From the human T2T-CHM13v2.0 reference genome, Homo sapiens: 64,000 nt of DNA. Location of the stretch: NCBI RefSeq assembly GCF_009914755.1, contig NC_060935.1, one strand, 5' to 3'. Under the pieces are notes generated by a model. That model was not told where the DNA came from, ran no database searches, and saw only the letters and a program-made list of their open reading frames with translations. Position 1 is the first letter of the stretch; every line of letters begins with the position of its first letter. Positions 30,228 to 47,020 of the stretch are shown piece by piece. Made by a program: the position numbers and the translations under genes.

Positions 30228-31145
30228 TTCTCATTTGTTTATTTATTTATTAAATATCTATTGAGGAACTAATATGCAATAGGTACTATATTAGATGCTA
30301 GTGATTTACACTAGAAATTATGCTAAAGATTATACCAATACACACACAAAAAAAGAGTACAGGTATTACAGTCTTCTTTGGGAGCCCAGATGAGGGAATG
30401 ATTAATTCTGCTGATAGGAAAGTCAGGGAAGACTTTTTTTTGGAGGTTACGTGATGAGGAATTTTTTTTGTTTTTTTGAGATGGGGTCTCCCTCTGTCAC
30501 CCAGGGTGGAGTACAGTGGTGCGATCTCAGCTCACTGGAACCTCTGCCTCTCAGGCTCAAGCAATCTTTCCAACCTCAGCCTCTCTAGTAGCTGGGACCA
30601 CAGGTGCACGGCACCAGCCTGGCTAATCTTTTGTATTTTTGGTAGAGATGGGGTTTCGCCTTGTTACTCAGTCTGGTCTCAAACTCCTGAGCTCAGGCGA
30701 TCCACCTGCCTCAGCCTCCCAAAATGCTGGGATTCCAGACCTGAGCCAACATGCCTGGCCGAGGAATTCTTTAGACAAAAAAAGGTGGAATGGTATACCA
30801 GGGAAAAGGAAATACCTGCCATGTTTGTTATTCTAACCTAACTGTTGCCGATAGAACTAGGTTGGAAAGGGGTTAATATCATGCTGGAGTGCTTATGCTT
30901 TATCCTTTAGACAAGGAGGATTTAACAGAACTTACAAGAAGGGAGCATGGAGGTGATATAAAAGGTTTGTGTTTTATAAAGGCAAAATTGATGAAGATGT
31001 AAATAGTAGATTAGATTAAGAAGATTGAGACCTGAAAACCAATTAAGAAGTTATAATGTTCTAAGAGCAAGGTGGGTGGGGACTTTAGTATTGTGGCAGT
31101 GTGAATATAAAGTAAGAAGAGTCAAAACATGTTTCAAAAGTAGAA
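30228..31145 (-). mobile_element. L2 fragment (split by Alu)
   Basis: tttatttattaaatatctattgag...actaatatgc...aggtactatattagatgct 3' end and purine-rich body. Confidence 0.55.
30464..30760 (-). mobile_element. Alu (AluJb-like), TSD gaggaatt
   Basis: Antisense dimer with direct repeat flanks. Confidence 0.92.
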
Positions 31146-31329
31146 TCAGCCTTCACAGAGATCCTATATGAATCTAATAACAAATAGATGTGATCACAGT
31201 TTTTGAAACATGTGGACTTTTCATAGATTAAACATTATCATCATTCTTATTTTAAGGATTTGTGCATTTATAAAAGCCTGGCATAACAAGCACTAGTAGT
31301 GTTTGTGACATTGCCATATTCAATATCTT

Positions 31330-31641
31330 TTATTTATTTTATTTTATTTTATTTATTTATGTATTTGAGATGGAGTCTCGCTTTGTCACTCAGGCTGGAG
31401 TACAGTGGCGCGATCTCGGCTCACTGCAACCTCCACCTCCCGCATTCAAGCAATTCTCTGCCTCAACCTCCCGCGTAGCTGGGATTACAGGCACCTGCCA
31501 CCACGCCCGGCTAATTTTTGTATTTTTCGTAGAGATGGTGTTTCATCATCTTGGCCAGGCTGGTCTTGAACTCCTGACCTCATGATCCACCAGCCTTGGC
31601 CTCCCAAAGTGTTGGGATTACAGGCGTGAGCCACCATGCCC
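31330..31641 (-). mobile_element. Alu (AluSg/Sc-like)
   Basis: Antisense dimer, (TTTA)n tail, cctgacctcatgatcc diagnostic. Confidence 0.94.
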
Positions 31642-32724
31642 AATCTTTTATTAATTTAGACGCTAATGCTTGAAGATTAAGACTGTGTCTTCAAATTTTT
31701 AGTGATGTTAGTGACTATATTTTTTGGTAAAATATATATTTAAGTATGTAACTTTTAACATTACTTTGTGTTAATGGTTAACTCATTATTGTGTAAACTG
31801 TTCAAATACACATTTTAACATCTTATTTTTGTGTAATTTTTCCTGGTATTCTGAAAAATTCAGTACGTTTGAAAACAATAATTTGAAAAGCAAATTACTG
31901 AAAAGTATAACACCCAAAGAATCTAATCTTCTTTAGTATTCTACATGTATGCCTCTGAAAGGTCAGTTCTTGTTTTAAAATTTTTATTACGTACCAGCTA
32001 CCACCCAGCAATTTTTAATACCTGGTTGATGGTGATAACTATTGAGAATTACTGACATTCTAACCAATTTACATCTACTTTATATATCTTCAGAACTCCC
32101 ATTAATTCTCATTTAAATTACCTATATGATAAGAGGTGCATATAAAAGAATCTCTTTTGGGCTGGTAGAATCTGTTGAGAGAAAAATAGGTGATAGACTT
32201 TTTTTCTGAACAAGAGTTGAACCAGTAACTATATTTTTGTCCAGAATGTTCCCTAGATTTATGTATCTGCCAAATTAAACTTGTAGACTTGGAATAGCTT
32301 AATTTCTAAAGAATATGCTAAAGTTAAATAAAATTAAGAAAGTAACAAAAATAGTACTTTCTTAGGTTGCTGAACTAAAAATATCTTTAAAATTGATAAT
32401 TTCTTCCTCTCAGAGTCTTGTCCAATTTTATTTCCTATTAATCAAGGTGAGTCATAAATGATTGCTTATACTGTTTTTCAAAACTTTGTGGTACGATACT
32501 TATTTGTAATACATACCTTGGTTGCATGAAAGCATTTCTCAGTTGTGCTTAGAGCTTTCTTTTTGCTAACACTTCTGAAACTCCACAAACTAATTCACAG
32601 TTCTGTATGTCCCAGGTGAAAGATTTCCCTTTGAATTTAGTTCTTAGTAAAACTTTATCTATGCCTCTCCTCCTAAACTGATATGTTTCATTCCTTTTGA
32701 TAATAAAAATTATGTCATTTACTT

Positions 32725-33235
32725 ATAGCGTTTCAGTCAGCAAAGTAGAACAAATACTAGGTATTTCAATGGATAATTTAATATAGAGAATTGGTAACAC
32801 ATGTTGGAGAGCTCAAAGAGCAAAAAGGGAACAGTGGAATAACTGAGATATTTGCAGGAAGCAGCTACCTCCCCTAGAGCTAGAGGAACACAGGGAATCA
32901 AAGAGTCTGAGCTAATCTGAATGTAGAATTGGAGAAAGACCCCTCGGAGCCAGACTTAGACCTCTGAGGAAGGAGTGCTGCTCTTCAGAAGTACTGATGT
33001 GTTTGAGGGGGGGATTCTTTGGCTGAGGCTGAGGGTGCCAAATTAAGCTGGATACTGGAGCCAACTGCTGTTGTTGGAAGGATACTGAAAAGAATCTCAA
33101 ATGAACAGGAAGAAGGAAGTTCCTTTTCCTCTATTCCTGCTTCACGTTCTTGTATAGAAATTCCACTGGCAGAACCTAATAGGACATCATCTGTAAAGAA
33201 GAACTTCAGTTTGCAGAGTTAGCCCCAGCTTCACA
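32725..33235. mobile_element. Ancient ERV LTR (LTR78-like; tentative)
   Basis: ttcagtcag...aggtatttcaa...aatttaatatagagaattggtaacaca motif recalled from old LTR consensus. Confidence 0.4.
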
Positions 33236-33371
33236 AACATACATGCTGAGAGATAATACCTCCTACATAATAGAATATGCCTTTTCATTTGCACGTCCTT
33301 TATTGGTTTTTTTCTCTAATGTTTTGCTTCTTGATTTGGGTGGTTAGTTTGGTAATTCTTTCTCCTTTTAA

Positions 33372-33675
<304 letters not shown>

Positions 33676-33679
33676 TCTC

Positions 33680-35350
33680 CTTTTAAAAATCTTAATAAAA
33701 GCACTGAAGGCTATATTACTGAGCACCATTTTAACTATAACCCACAGCTTGATAGGCATGTTTTCATTATTGTTCACTTTTAAATATTTTCTAAATTTCA
33801 TTGTAACTTCATCTTCTATGCTCCATTTTTTTACTCATTCTTTACGGTCTTGATTACATTTTAGGTATAGATGTCTATTATGTATGACTACATTATGACT
33901 AGAGAATATAGTCTTATGACAGTAATCTTTTGAAATTTGTTGGGATTTGCTTTATGGCCCACTATGCAATAACATTTTGTTATGTTTGAAAAGAATGAAT
34001 ATTCTGCTATTGTTGACTGCTGTCCTCCCATTTTATCCTTTAGTGTAAAATGTTTTAATTCAAAGCTTATACTACTACACATACACAAAATGGTATTTTG
34101 TTCATTTGTTTTATTTATACAGGTTCAGAATGTTATCTCTTCTTGATATATTGAACATTTGTCATCGTAAAGTGATTCCCTTTAGCGCTTATGTTTTTCC
34201 TATTTTTCTGATATTAATATGTCAGTTTTCTTTTGGTTATTTTTTGCTAGATATATCCTAATTTATACTTTTAACGTTAACTTTCTCAAGTTTTTCTATG
34301 GGTGCCTCTTATAAAGAGCCTATAGCTGGATTATGCCTGATCTATAACTGGAATATTTAGTCTGTTTACATTAATTTGGATTAATTATACATTTTATATT
34401 TTTTATACTTTTTTTTACTCATCTTCCTTTGGACTGATTATTTTCTAATGTTTCTTTTTCCTAGTTTACAACTTATATGCATTTTTTACTTTTTAGTTGG
34501 TATTCTGTATGTTTTTTGTACATACATAGCTTATCAAAGTTAAACTCAGTATATTTGCATAACTCCCAGACAGTTCAAGAAGCTTAGTATATTGTACTCA
34601 ATTCCAACTTTATATGCAGTTATGATTTTATATTTTAGTCTGTCTTTCTTGTTGTTGTAGTCATGTACATAATGCTTATTTGGATTTGCCCCATGTTTAT
34701 CACTTGTATTGTTCTTTATTTCTTCCTGTATCTCAGACATTCTGTTTGGTTTCACTTTGCATCTGCTTATAGTGTAGAAAGTATCTTTTGGTTGTGAACT
34801 CTTGAGTTTTTATCTGAAAATGCCTTTAATTTGCCCTCTGTCTTAAAGGGTATGTTATTCTGTATTAACATCTAATGTCTCATTATACTGAAGGTAGATT
34901 TGAGATAGAATTCTGTCTTTTCTGGTTTCTGTTGTTGAGAAGTCAATTTTTGCTTCTTTGATCTATCTTTTCTTGCTGCTTTTAAGATCTCTTTACCTTG
35001 ATTTTCTGCAGTTATACTGTTGAGATTGGGTATGGAATTGTGTTCTTTTTCTCTTTAATTCATTTTTTTTAAAAATTGGGTAAGATTTAATGGGCTTTTT
35101 GAATTTTCATTAGTGGTGTTGATCAGTACTATCAACATCTGAGTTACTCTTTAAATTTTGACTACTTCACTATCTCTCTTTTCTGGAACTCTGATATTGG
35201 ATGTATATTAGACCTTTCTCTCTCTGTTCATCATGTGTCTTATTTCTCATAATTTCCATCTTTTTTTCTACATGATGCATTCTGAATAAATTCTACAGAA
35301 CTGTCTTCTGGTTCACTGTTTTTTTTCAGCTGAATCTGATCTGTCAGCAT
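33680..35350 (-). mobile_element. Very old L1 (L1ME-type) fragments
   Basis: Degenerate antisense EN/ORF1-like motifs (IVGHKANPNKFQKI; MSEIQEEIKN). Confidence 0.55.
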
Positions 35351-36619
35351 GTTACATTCTCAGTGTTTCTGTGTAAAAAACCCTAGTCTTATGACTCTTC
35401 ATCTACCATAGAATTAAATTTGTAGCCATTGCCTAGTTTATTGGTCTGATCAGAAAGGATAATAAAACTTATATTAGCTTCCAGAAAAGGGCCAAAGGGC
35501 CTAAAATCCTATATTAAATCCAGAGTCCTGGAGGGACTATAGCATTATCTCCTTAAATATTTACATATCAAAAGGAATAAAGCTCTAAAACTTGGAATCA
35601 TCTCTAGGTCATCTGGCTCCTGGAGAGATTTTATTTACGTACCACAGTGTTCTTTAAAATTCAGTCACATTACATTTCCTAGACATCCCCTTTCAAAGGA
35701 AAGAGGACAGCTGCCTTCTTCCTCTTTATAAGCAGAGAAAAACCATTTTTCTCTACCCCTTGTACCTAGCCAATGGAAGATCTGTCTACTTGAATAGGAT
35801 AATTGATCTGGTTTTCATGTGGCTGCCCCAGAAATAAGGCCTGGGGCAAGAAGGTAGGGGCAACACACTTAGTTACTATGAGAGAATTAATAAGCAATCT
35901 GATCTAGAATACCTCTGTTCACATTCAACATGAGGAAAATAAAGATGAAGATTAAAAAGTCAACACTTAGCTTTCTGAATAATCATGCCTTACTTCTGAA
36001 CTCGTAGTTACATTTGTTGCATTTAAGAATATGCTTTAATATGTTATTCAACATTTTTGGTTGTTTTCAGCAGCAGCTAGCCCTACTTGAAATAGAAGCT
36101 GAAATAATCTTTTTATTTTGAGCAACTGTGAAATAAGTTATATATGTGTATTAAATGATTATGCTTTGTTTGTAGACTTCCTTTTTTTGTTCACTGGTGA
36201 TGTTATGTGGTATTGGAATTATTTTTTGTTTTCTCATTGAGTCTCTACAGTAGCTGTTGAAATGCTAACTCTTCCTTTTAGCCATAAAGTTATTGAACCA
36301 ATTAGCTTACTCTTTGAGAGCAGTTGGGCTCTCCTCATACTTTAAAACACACCACACACACACACACACAAAAGTATTTTGGGCTATCTTATTGGCTTTC
36401 TTTTTTTTATTATTATTATACTTTAAGTTTTAGAGTACATGTGCACAGCGTGCAGTTTTGTTACATATGTATACATGCGCCATGTTGGTGTGCTGCACCC
36501 ATTAACTCATCATGTAACGTTAGATATATCTCCTAATGCTATCCCTCCACACTCCCCCCACCCCACAACAGGCCCCAGTGTGTGATGTTCCCCTTCCTGT
36601 GTACATGTGTTCTCATTGT

Positions 36620-40454
<3,835 letters not shown>

Positions 40455-40502
40455 TTATTTTGCTCGTTAGTTGATGCAGCTTCTTCCTAGCCTTGATGGG
40501 CT

Positions 40503-41518
40503 TTACAATTTGGCATGTTTTTGCAGTGGCTGGTACCAGTTGTTCCTTTCCATGTTGAGTGCTTCCTTCAGGAGCTCTTGTAGGGCAGGCCCGGTGGTGA
40601 CAAAATCTCTCAGCACTTGCTTGTCTATAAAGTATTTTATTTCTCCTTCACTTATGAAGTTTAGTTTGGCTGGATATGAGATTCTGGGTTGAAAATTCTT
40701 TTCTTAAGAATGTTGAATATTGGCCCCCACTCTCTTCTGGCTTGTAGAGTTTCTGCCAAGAGATCAGCTGTTAGTCTGATGGGCTTCCCTTTGTGGGTAA
40801 CCCGACCTTTCTCTCTGGCTGCCCTTACCATTTTTTCCTTCATTTCAACTTTGGTGAATCTGACAATTATGTGTTTTGGAGTTGCTCTTCTCGAGGAGTA
40901 TCTTTGTGGCATTCTCTGTATTTCCTGAATCTGAATGTTGGCCTGTCTTGCTAGATTGGGGAAATTCTCCCTGATAATATCCTGCAGAGTGTTTTCCAAC
41001 TTGGTTCCATTCTTCCCATCAGTTTCAGGTACGCCAATCAGACGTAGATTTGGTCTTTTCACATAGTCCCATATTTCTTGGAGGCTTTGTTCATTTCTTT
41101 TTACTCTTTTTTCTCTAAACTTCTCTTCTCGCTTCATTTCATTCTTTTGATCTTCAATCACTGATATCCTTTCTTCCAGTTGATTGAATTGGCTACTGAA
41201 GCTTGTGCATTCATCACGTAGTTCTCATGCCCTGGTTTTCAGCTCCATGAGGTCATTTAAGGACTTCTCTACACTGGTTATTTTAGTTAGCCATTCATCT
41301 AATCTTTTTTCAAGGTTTTTAGCTTCTTTGCGATGGGTTCAGACTTCCTCCTTTAGCTCGGAGAAGTTTGATTGTCTGAAGCCTACTTCTCTCAACTCGT
41401 CAAAGTCATTCTCTGTCCAGCTTTGTTCTGTTGCTGGTAAGGAGCTGCGTTCCTTTGGAAGGGAAGAGGCGCTCTGATTTTTAGAATTTTCAGCTTTTCT
41501 GCTCTGTTTTTTCCCCAT
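40503..41518 (-). pseudogene. L1 ORF1 (disrupted)
   Basis: ATGGGGAAAAAACAG start; 166-aa open piece (EQSLQEIWDYVKRPNLRLIG); frameshift near 40700. Confidence 0.9.
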
Positions 41519-42781
41519 CTTTGTGATTTTATCTACCTTTGGTCTTTGATGATGGTGATGTACAGATGGGGTTTTGGTGTGGATGTCCCTTCTGTTTGTT
41601 AGTTTTCCTTCTAACAGTAAAGACCCTCAGCTGCAGGTCTGTTAGAGTTTGCTGGAGGTCTGCTCCAGACCCTCTTTGCCTGGGTATCAGCAGCAGAGGC
41701 TGTAGAACAGCCAATATTGCTGAACAGCAAATGTTGCTGCCTGATCCTTCCTCTGGAAGCTTTGTCTCAGAGGGGTACCCAGCCGTGTGAGGTGTCATTG
41801 TGCCCCTACTGGGGGTGCCTCCCAGTTAGGCTACTCGGGGGTCAGGGACCCACTTGAGGAGGCAGTCTGTCTGTTCTCAGATCTCAAACTCCGTGCTGGG
41901 AGAACCACTACTCTCTTCAAAGCTGTCAGACAGGGACATTTAAGTCCGCAGAGGACATTTCTGCTGCCTTTTGTTTGGCTATGCCCTGCCCGCAGAGGTG
42001 GAGTCTACAGAGGCAGGCAGCCCTCCTTGAGCTGCGGTGGACTCCACCCAGTTCGAGCTTCCCGGCCACTTTGTTTACCTACTCAAGCCTGGGCAATGGC
42101 GGGCGCCCCTCCCCCAGCCTCCTGCTGCCTTGCAGTTTGATCTCAGACTGCTGTGCTAGCAATGAGCTAGGCTCCATGGGCATAGGACCCTCCAAGCCAG
42201 GTGCAGGATACAATCTCCTGGTGTGCCGTTTGCTAAGACCGTTGGAAAAGCACAGTATTAGGTTGGGAGTGACCTGACTTTCCAGGTGCCATCTGTCACC
42301 CCTTTCCTTGGCTAGGAAAGGGAATTCCCTGACCCCTTGCGCTTCCTGGGTGAGGTGATGCCTCGCCCTGCTTCGGCTCACACTTGGTGCACTGCACCCA
42401 CTGTCTGACAATCCGCAGTGAGATGAACCCGGTACCTCAGCTGGAAATGCAGAAATCTTTCGTCTTCTGCGTCGCTCACGCTGGGAGCTTTAGACTGGAG
42501 CTGTTCCTATTCGGCCATCTTGGCTCCACCCCTATCTTATTGGCTTTCTAAGAATCAGTCATGCACATAAACCACACCAAAAGGCATTTCATGGAAAAAT
42601 ATACATCATTTGATTTTTAGGGGGTATGGAGGCAAAGATAAACTTTTCAGTGTAAGTCAATTTTGGAAAAAAAAAAAGTCTTCCTGTTGGTTTCCTTTAA
42701 GCAAGTACAAAAATCTCAAATGTATGATATTCTATGTTATTCTTCATAACCCACCCTTCTCTCACACTCTTATATTCCTGA

Positions 42782-43094
<313 letters not shown>

Positions 43095-43440
43095 TAACAA
43101 AATAACTTTGTACTGAAAGGCATATGCCTGACACATAGTCAGTACTCCATGAAAATTAGCTATTCTTCCTCTTAAATATCATGGTCTGTGTTAGGCCTCT
43201 TAATGTGAGATTGTATTGTTACTCTATTATTCTACTAGTTTGCCTGTTTACTTGATAGCTTCACAGAGCAGAATCATTCCTCAGGCCAAATTATGGAGCA
43301 GATATCATATTAAAGATACTTTCCTAGAAATAAAAATTTTTATTAATGTGCCATCTTTTCTATTAATAGCCTACTTCAAAAATTATTTGCTTTAAAATTA
43401 TTTACTCATTTCATATGCCTTGAAAGTTTCATAGTTTTTA

Positions 43441-43480
43441 TTAAAATGGCAAAATCACAATTACTTTTGCACCAACTTTA
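43441..43480 (+). mobile_element. Partial MADE1 (right-hand Hsmar1 TIR)
   Basis: aatggcaaaatcacaattacttttgcaccaact. Confidence 0.8.
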
Positions 43481-43590
43481 TTTCAAACAAAAGCCCCTTT
43501 GTATTAGTGTTCTGTAGGTTTCTCCTGATTTTTCTTTTAGAAATATGTAATAGCATTAGCTTCCATGCCTCAGATCTTTCAGAATACTCC

Positions 43591-43944
43591 TGTATTAGTC
43601 CATTTCACGCACTGATAATGACACACCGGGACTGGGCAATTTATAAAAGAAAGAGGTTTAATGGACTTACAGTTCCATATGGCTGGGGAGGCCTCACAGT
43701 CATGGCGGAAGGCGAGGAGGAGTTAAGTCACTTCTTATGTGGATGCGGGCAGGCAAAGAGAGAGAGCTTGTGCTGGAGAACTCCTCTTTATAAGACTATC
43801 AGATTTCGTGAGACTTATTCACTATCACGAGTACAGCATGGGAAAGACCTACCCCTATTATTCAATTACCTCCCACTGGGTCCCTCCCACAACATATGGG
43901 AATTCAAGATGAGATTTGGGTGGGGACACAGCCAAACCATATCA
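43591..43944 (-). mobile_element. THE1B-like solo LTR, TSD actcc
   Basis: tgtattagtc...gccaaaccatatca termini; actcc at 43586-43590 and 43945-43949. Confidence 0.92.
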
Positions 43945-44179
43945 ACTCCCCTTCTCTTTCAGCCTTGGCTTTACTTGATCTACTAGTTTCCTGTGTTTTT
44001 GCCCTTTATTTCAGCTCTTCAACACTTCTGATTTAAACAATTTATTGGGTATTTATTACTTACTTTCCCTGGTTGAATTCTGCTTGCTCAATTAAATGAC
44101 ATATCTTTAATTGCAATTAAAACATGACTGTTTGGGTTTTATTTGATCCACTTGACAATTTGCTATGAAAAGGAATACG

Positions 44180-44705
44180 GATCTCCGAATCTGTAGGTTC
44201 CACATCTGCAAATTCAACCAACCATAGATTGAAAATATCCTGAAATAAAAAACACAATACAGTATAACAACTACTTACGTAATGCTTACTTACATTGTAT
44301 TAGGTGTTATAAGTAACCTAGAGATTATTTAAAGTATACAGAATTATGTGTGCAGTTTATGTGCAAATACTACCCCATTTTATATAAGAAATTTGAGCAT
44401 CCATAGATTTTGGTATTGAGGGAGACTCAATACCAAGAGGAGGGTAGGGAAGGGAATAAAAAAGGAAAGAAAATAGCATTATGAGTTTGGTGAGTTCAAA
44501 GAGTTGAAAGATTATAGAATTTCTAGCTACCCATTTTATAGGATAGCCATCTGCCTTACTGTACCAAAAGCCAATTATTAGTGGACAAACAGAGCTAATA
44601 CAAAGGAGCTTTTGTTTGAAATAAGGTTGGTGCAAAAGTAATTGCGATGTGGATACCCTGTGCTATGGGAGGGGAGGGGATCCAATCCCCTGAGGTATGA
44701 CTATA
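44180..44705 (-). mobile_element. MER2 (Tigger-family MITE) split by a complex insertion at ~44426-44666
   Basis: tacagtataacaact...tgcaaatactaccccattttatataag...gagcatccatagattttggtat; terminal remnant ...ccaatcccc...gactata after the insertion. Confidence 0.75.
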
Positions 44706-44896
44706 GTTGTTACTAGGTATAAAAGGTTTAGAAATCCAAGCTCTGTCCACTAATAACTGGCTTTTGGTACAGTAAGGCAGCCAGCTATCCTGTGAAATGG
44801 GTGGCAAGAAATTCTATAATCTTTGAATTCCCTGAACTCACCAAACTCAAAATGCTGTTTTCTTTCCTTTTTTATTCCCTTCCCTACCCTCCTCTT
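44435..44896. repeat. ~158-bp inverted repeat (arms 44435-44596 and 44739-44896, ~91% identical, 142-nt spacer)
   Basis: Manual alignment of arm A with the reverse complement of arm B: 14 substitutions plus one 4-nt indel. Confidence 0.95.
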
Positions 44897-45049
44897 TCCA
44901 CAGTTTTGCCAGAAATCCACTTGTGGATTTAATTTAATGCAGATATGTACATAATATACAGACATGCAGATATGGGCATAATTTAATCCAGATATGTAAT
45001 ATTTTGACCTTTCTGATCGTAGATGCTTGGGAAAGTTGTCTGTTGAACT

Positions 45050-45790
45050 TGCATTAATCAGTTATGACATTTTAGATTGCAAGTAATTGGAAAACTCAGC
45101 TCAAACTGACTTATGTGAAAAATGGAAATTTATGGTGTATATGATTGAAAAGGTGTTAAAATGTTTTTTTCATAGCTTGTTTCAAGAAACTTGCAAGAAT
45201 GTCATGAGGACCCAGTGATTTCTATATACATATATATTTCTTATTATGTATTATGTATATCCTCATATATAATATATATTCTGAAAGATCTGATGTGCTG
45301 GAATATATACATGCATATGATCATGTATGTTACATATGATCATTGTATCACTGATATACATATATATCATATATATATTTATGTATATGTACACACACAC
45401 ACACACACACACTTCTCTGTATTGGCACCATTTTTCATACAGCATCTCTTTATTATCACAGAATTATTGCAGCTATTCTCTAATTTATGATCCCTCAGGT
45501 TCAAGTCTAGTAGAAAGAAACAGTTACCTATTTTTCAGAATACCCAGCAGAATTCTTACCACATTTCATTGTCTCTGTTTGGTCATGCTGCCATCCCTGA
45601 ACCAGTCACTGTGGTCAAGAGAATGGAACGCTCTCATTAGTTAAGCCCCAATTCAAGTTGCAAATTAATTTGTGGAACTGAGTTGAATCAACTCTTCCAG
45701 AACTCTGTGGACTAAGACTTGGGAAAGGCTTCTGCCCAGACGATAGGAAATGATTATCTAAAGAGGAATGAAGGGTTACTTGAGGGCAAA
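45050..45790 (-). mobile_element. Ancient MLT1J/K-like LTR containing a TA/CA-rich simple repeat (45222-45412)
   Basis: gattgcaagtaa...aactcagctcaaactgactta; ggtcatgctgccatccctgaaccagtcactgtgg motifs. Confidence 0.6.
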
Positions 45791-46161
45791 GGTAGAATTT
45801 CCATTACATAGAAGTGAAGGTATTTTTCCCTTTTCTTTAACCCTTACAGATCCACTCCAACTTTGTTTTTACTTCTAATTTCCTTTTTTGCTTTTTAAAG
45901 TGACTGTTCATCGAGTCTTTTGTTATCTTTATCTTCCTTATCATAGAAAACATACATTGAACCAAGACATGATCATATAATCTGGAAAAAATACCTTTGT
46001 CCATTTGTTGATTACTGTTTTATAAGCTCTGGATAAATACAGCAGAGGCTACATTTTACATCTTATGAATTTCACTGAGTCACATATCTGAGAAGGACTC
46101 TGATGTTACCTAGACTCTATATCAATCCCCATAACACCTTGTACAAGTGATAATCTAGTTG

Positions 46162-46385
46162 AGAGGTTGGCAAACTGCAACTCAGGAATAGGCCAAATCT
46201 AGCCTGCTGCTAGTTTTTGTAAATACAGTTCTATTAAAACCCAGTCATACCTATTTGTTTATATTGTCTGTGACTATTTTCATCCTACAACAGCAGAATT
46301 GAGTAGTTGCAACAGAGACCTTACAGCCCACAAAGTCTGACGTGTTTACTCTCTGGACTTTTACGGATGAACATGCTAAACTCTG
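46162..46385. mobile_element. MER58A (hAT-Charlie MITE)
   Basis: aggttggcaaact...ggccaaatctagcctgctg...gagtagttgcaacagagacc. Confidence 0.85.
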
Positions 46386-46654
46386 GTCTACCCATTGCTT
46401 GAGTGTACTCTGCTGACAAAAATTCTTTCTGAGGGAGAATCATTTCTAAAAGCTCAATTATCAACAAACAAAAAGAATGCTACTTTCATGTGTCATCCAT
46501 TCACTTAGGTCTAAAATAGTATCCCACCTAGGAAATTGTTTCAGTTAAAACACAAACAACCTGGTTTCACACCTAAATTGTACCAAATTAGACAAATTTT
46601 TCTTGCCTAAATGAGTTTTCTTGCTTAATAGTTAAGTTTTAAATATTGATAACC

Positions 46655-47020
46655 TGTATACACACACACAGCATGGAGTACCACTCAGCCATAAAAAAGA
46701 ATGAAATTATGTCTTCTGTAGCAATATGGGTGGAGCTGAAGGCCATTATCCTCAGTGAAATAACTCAGAAACAAAGTCAAATACCACATGTTCTGACTTA
46801 TAAATGGGAGCTAAACAATGGGTACACATGGACATACAAAGTGGAATAATAGATATGGGGCACTGTAAAAGGTGGGAGGTGGGTAAGGGTTGAAAAAATA
46901 CCTAAATAGTGCACATTGTACTTCATAGGTGATAAGTACTTTAAAAGTGTGGACTTCACCACTATGCATTATATACATGTAAGAAACCTGCACTTGTGTC
47001 TAAATCAATAAAAATAAATA
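46655..47020 (+). mobile_element. L1MA1/2-type 3' end fragment
   Basis: MEYHSAIKKNEIMS...; 3'UTR gacttcaccactatgca...aaacctgcacttg; A-rich tail. Confidence 0.82.

Noticed and set aside
43441-44648. Two Hsmar1 TIRs ~1.2 kb apart resembling a near full-length mariner
   Set aside because: The TIRs face the wrong way, no transposase lies between them, and the second copy includes non-TIR flank of the first, so it is a templated duplicate.
45222-45412. ORFs rich in I/Y/H/T and quasi-palindromic TA/CA sequence
   Set aside because: Low-complexity microsatellite expansion.
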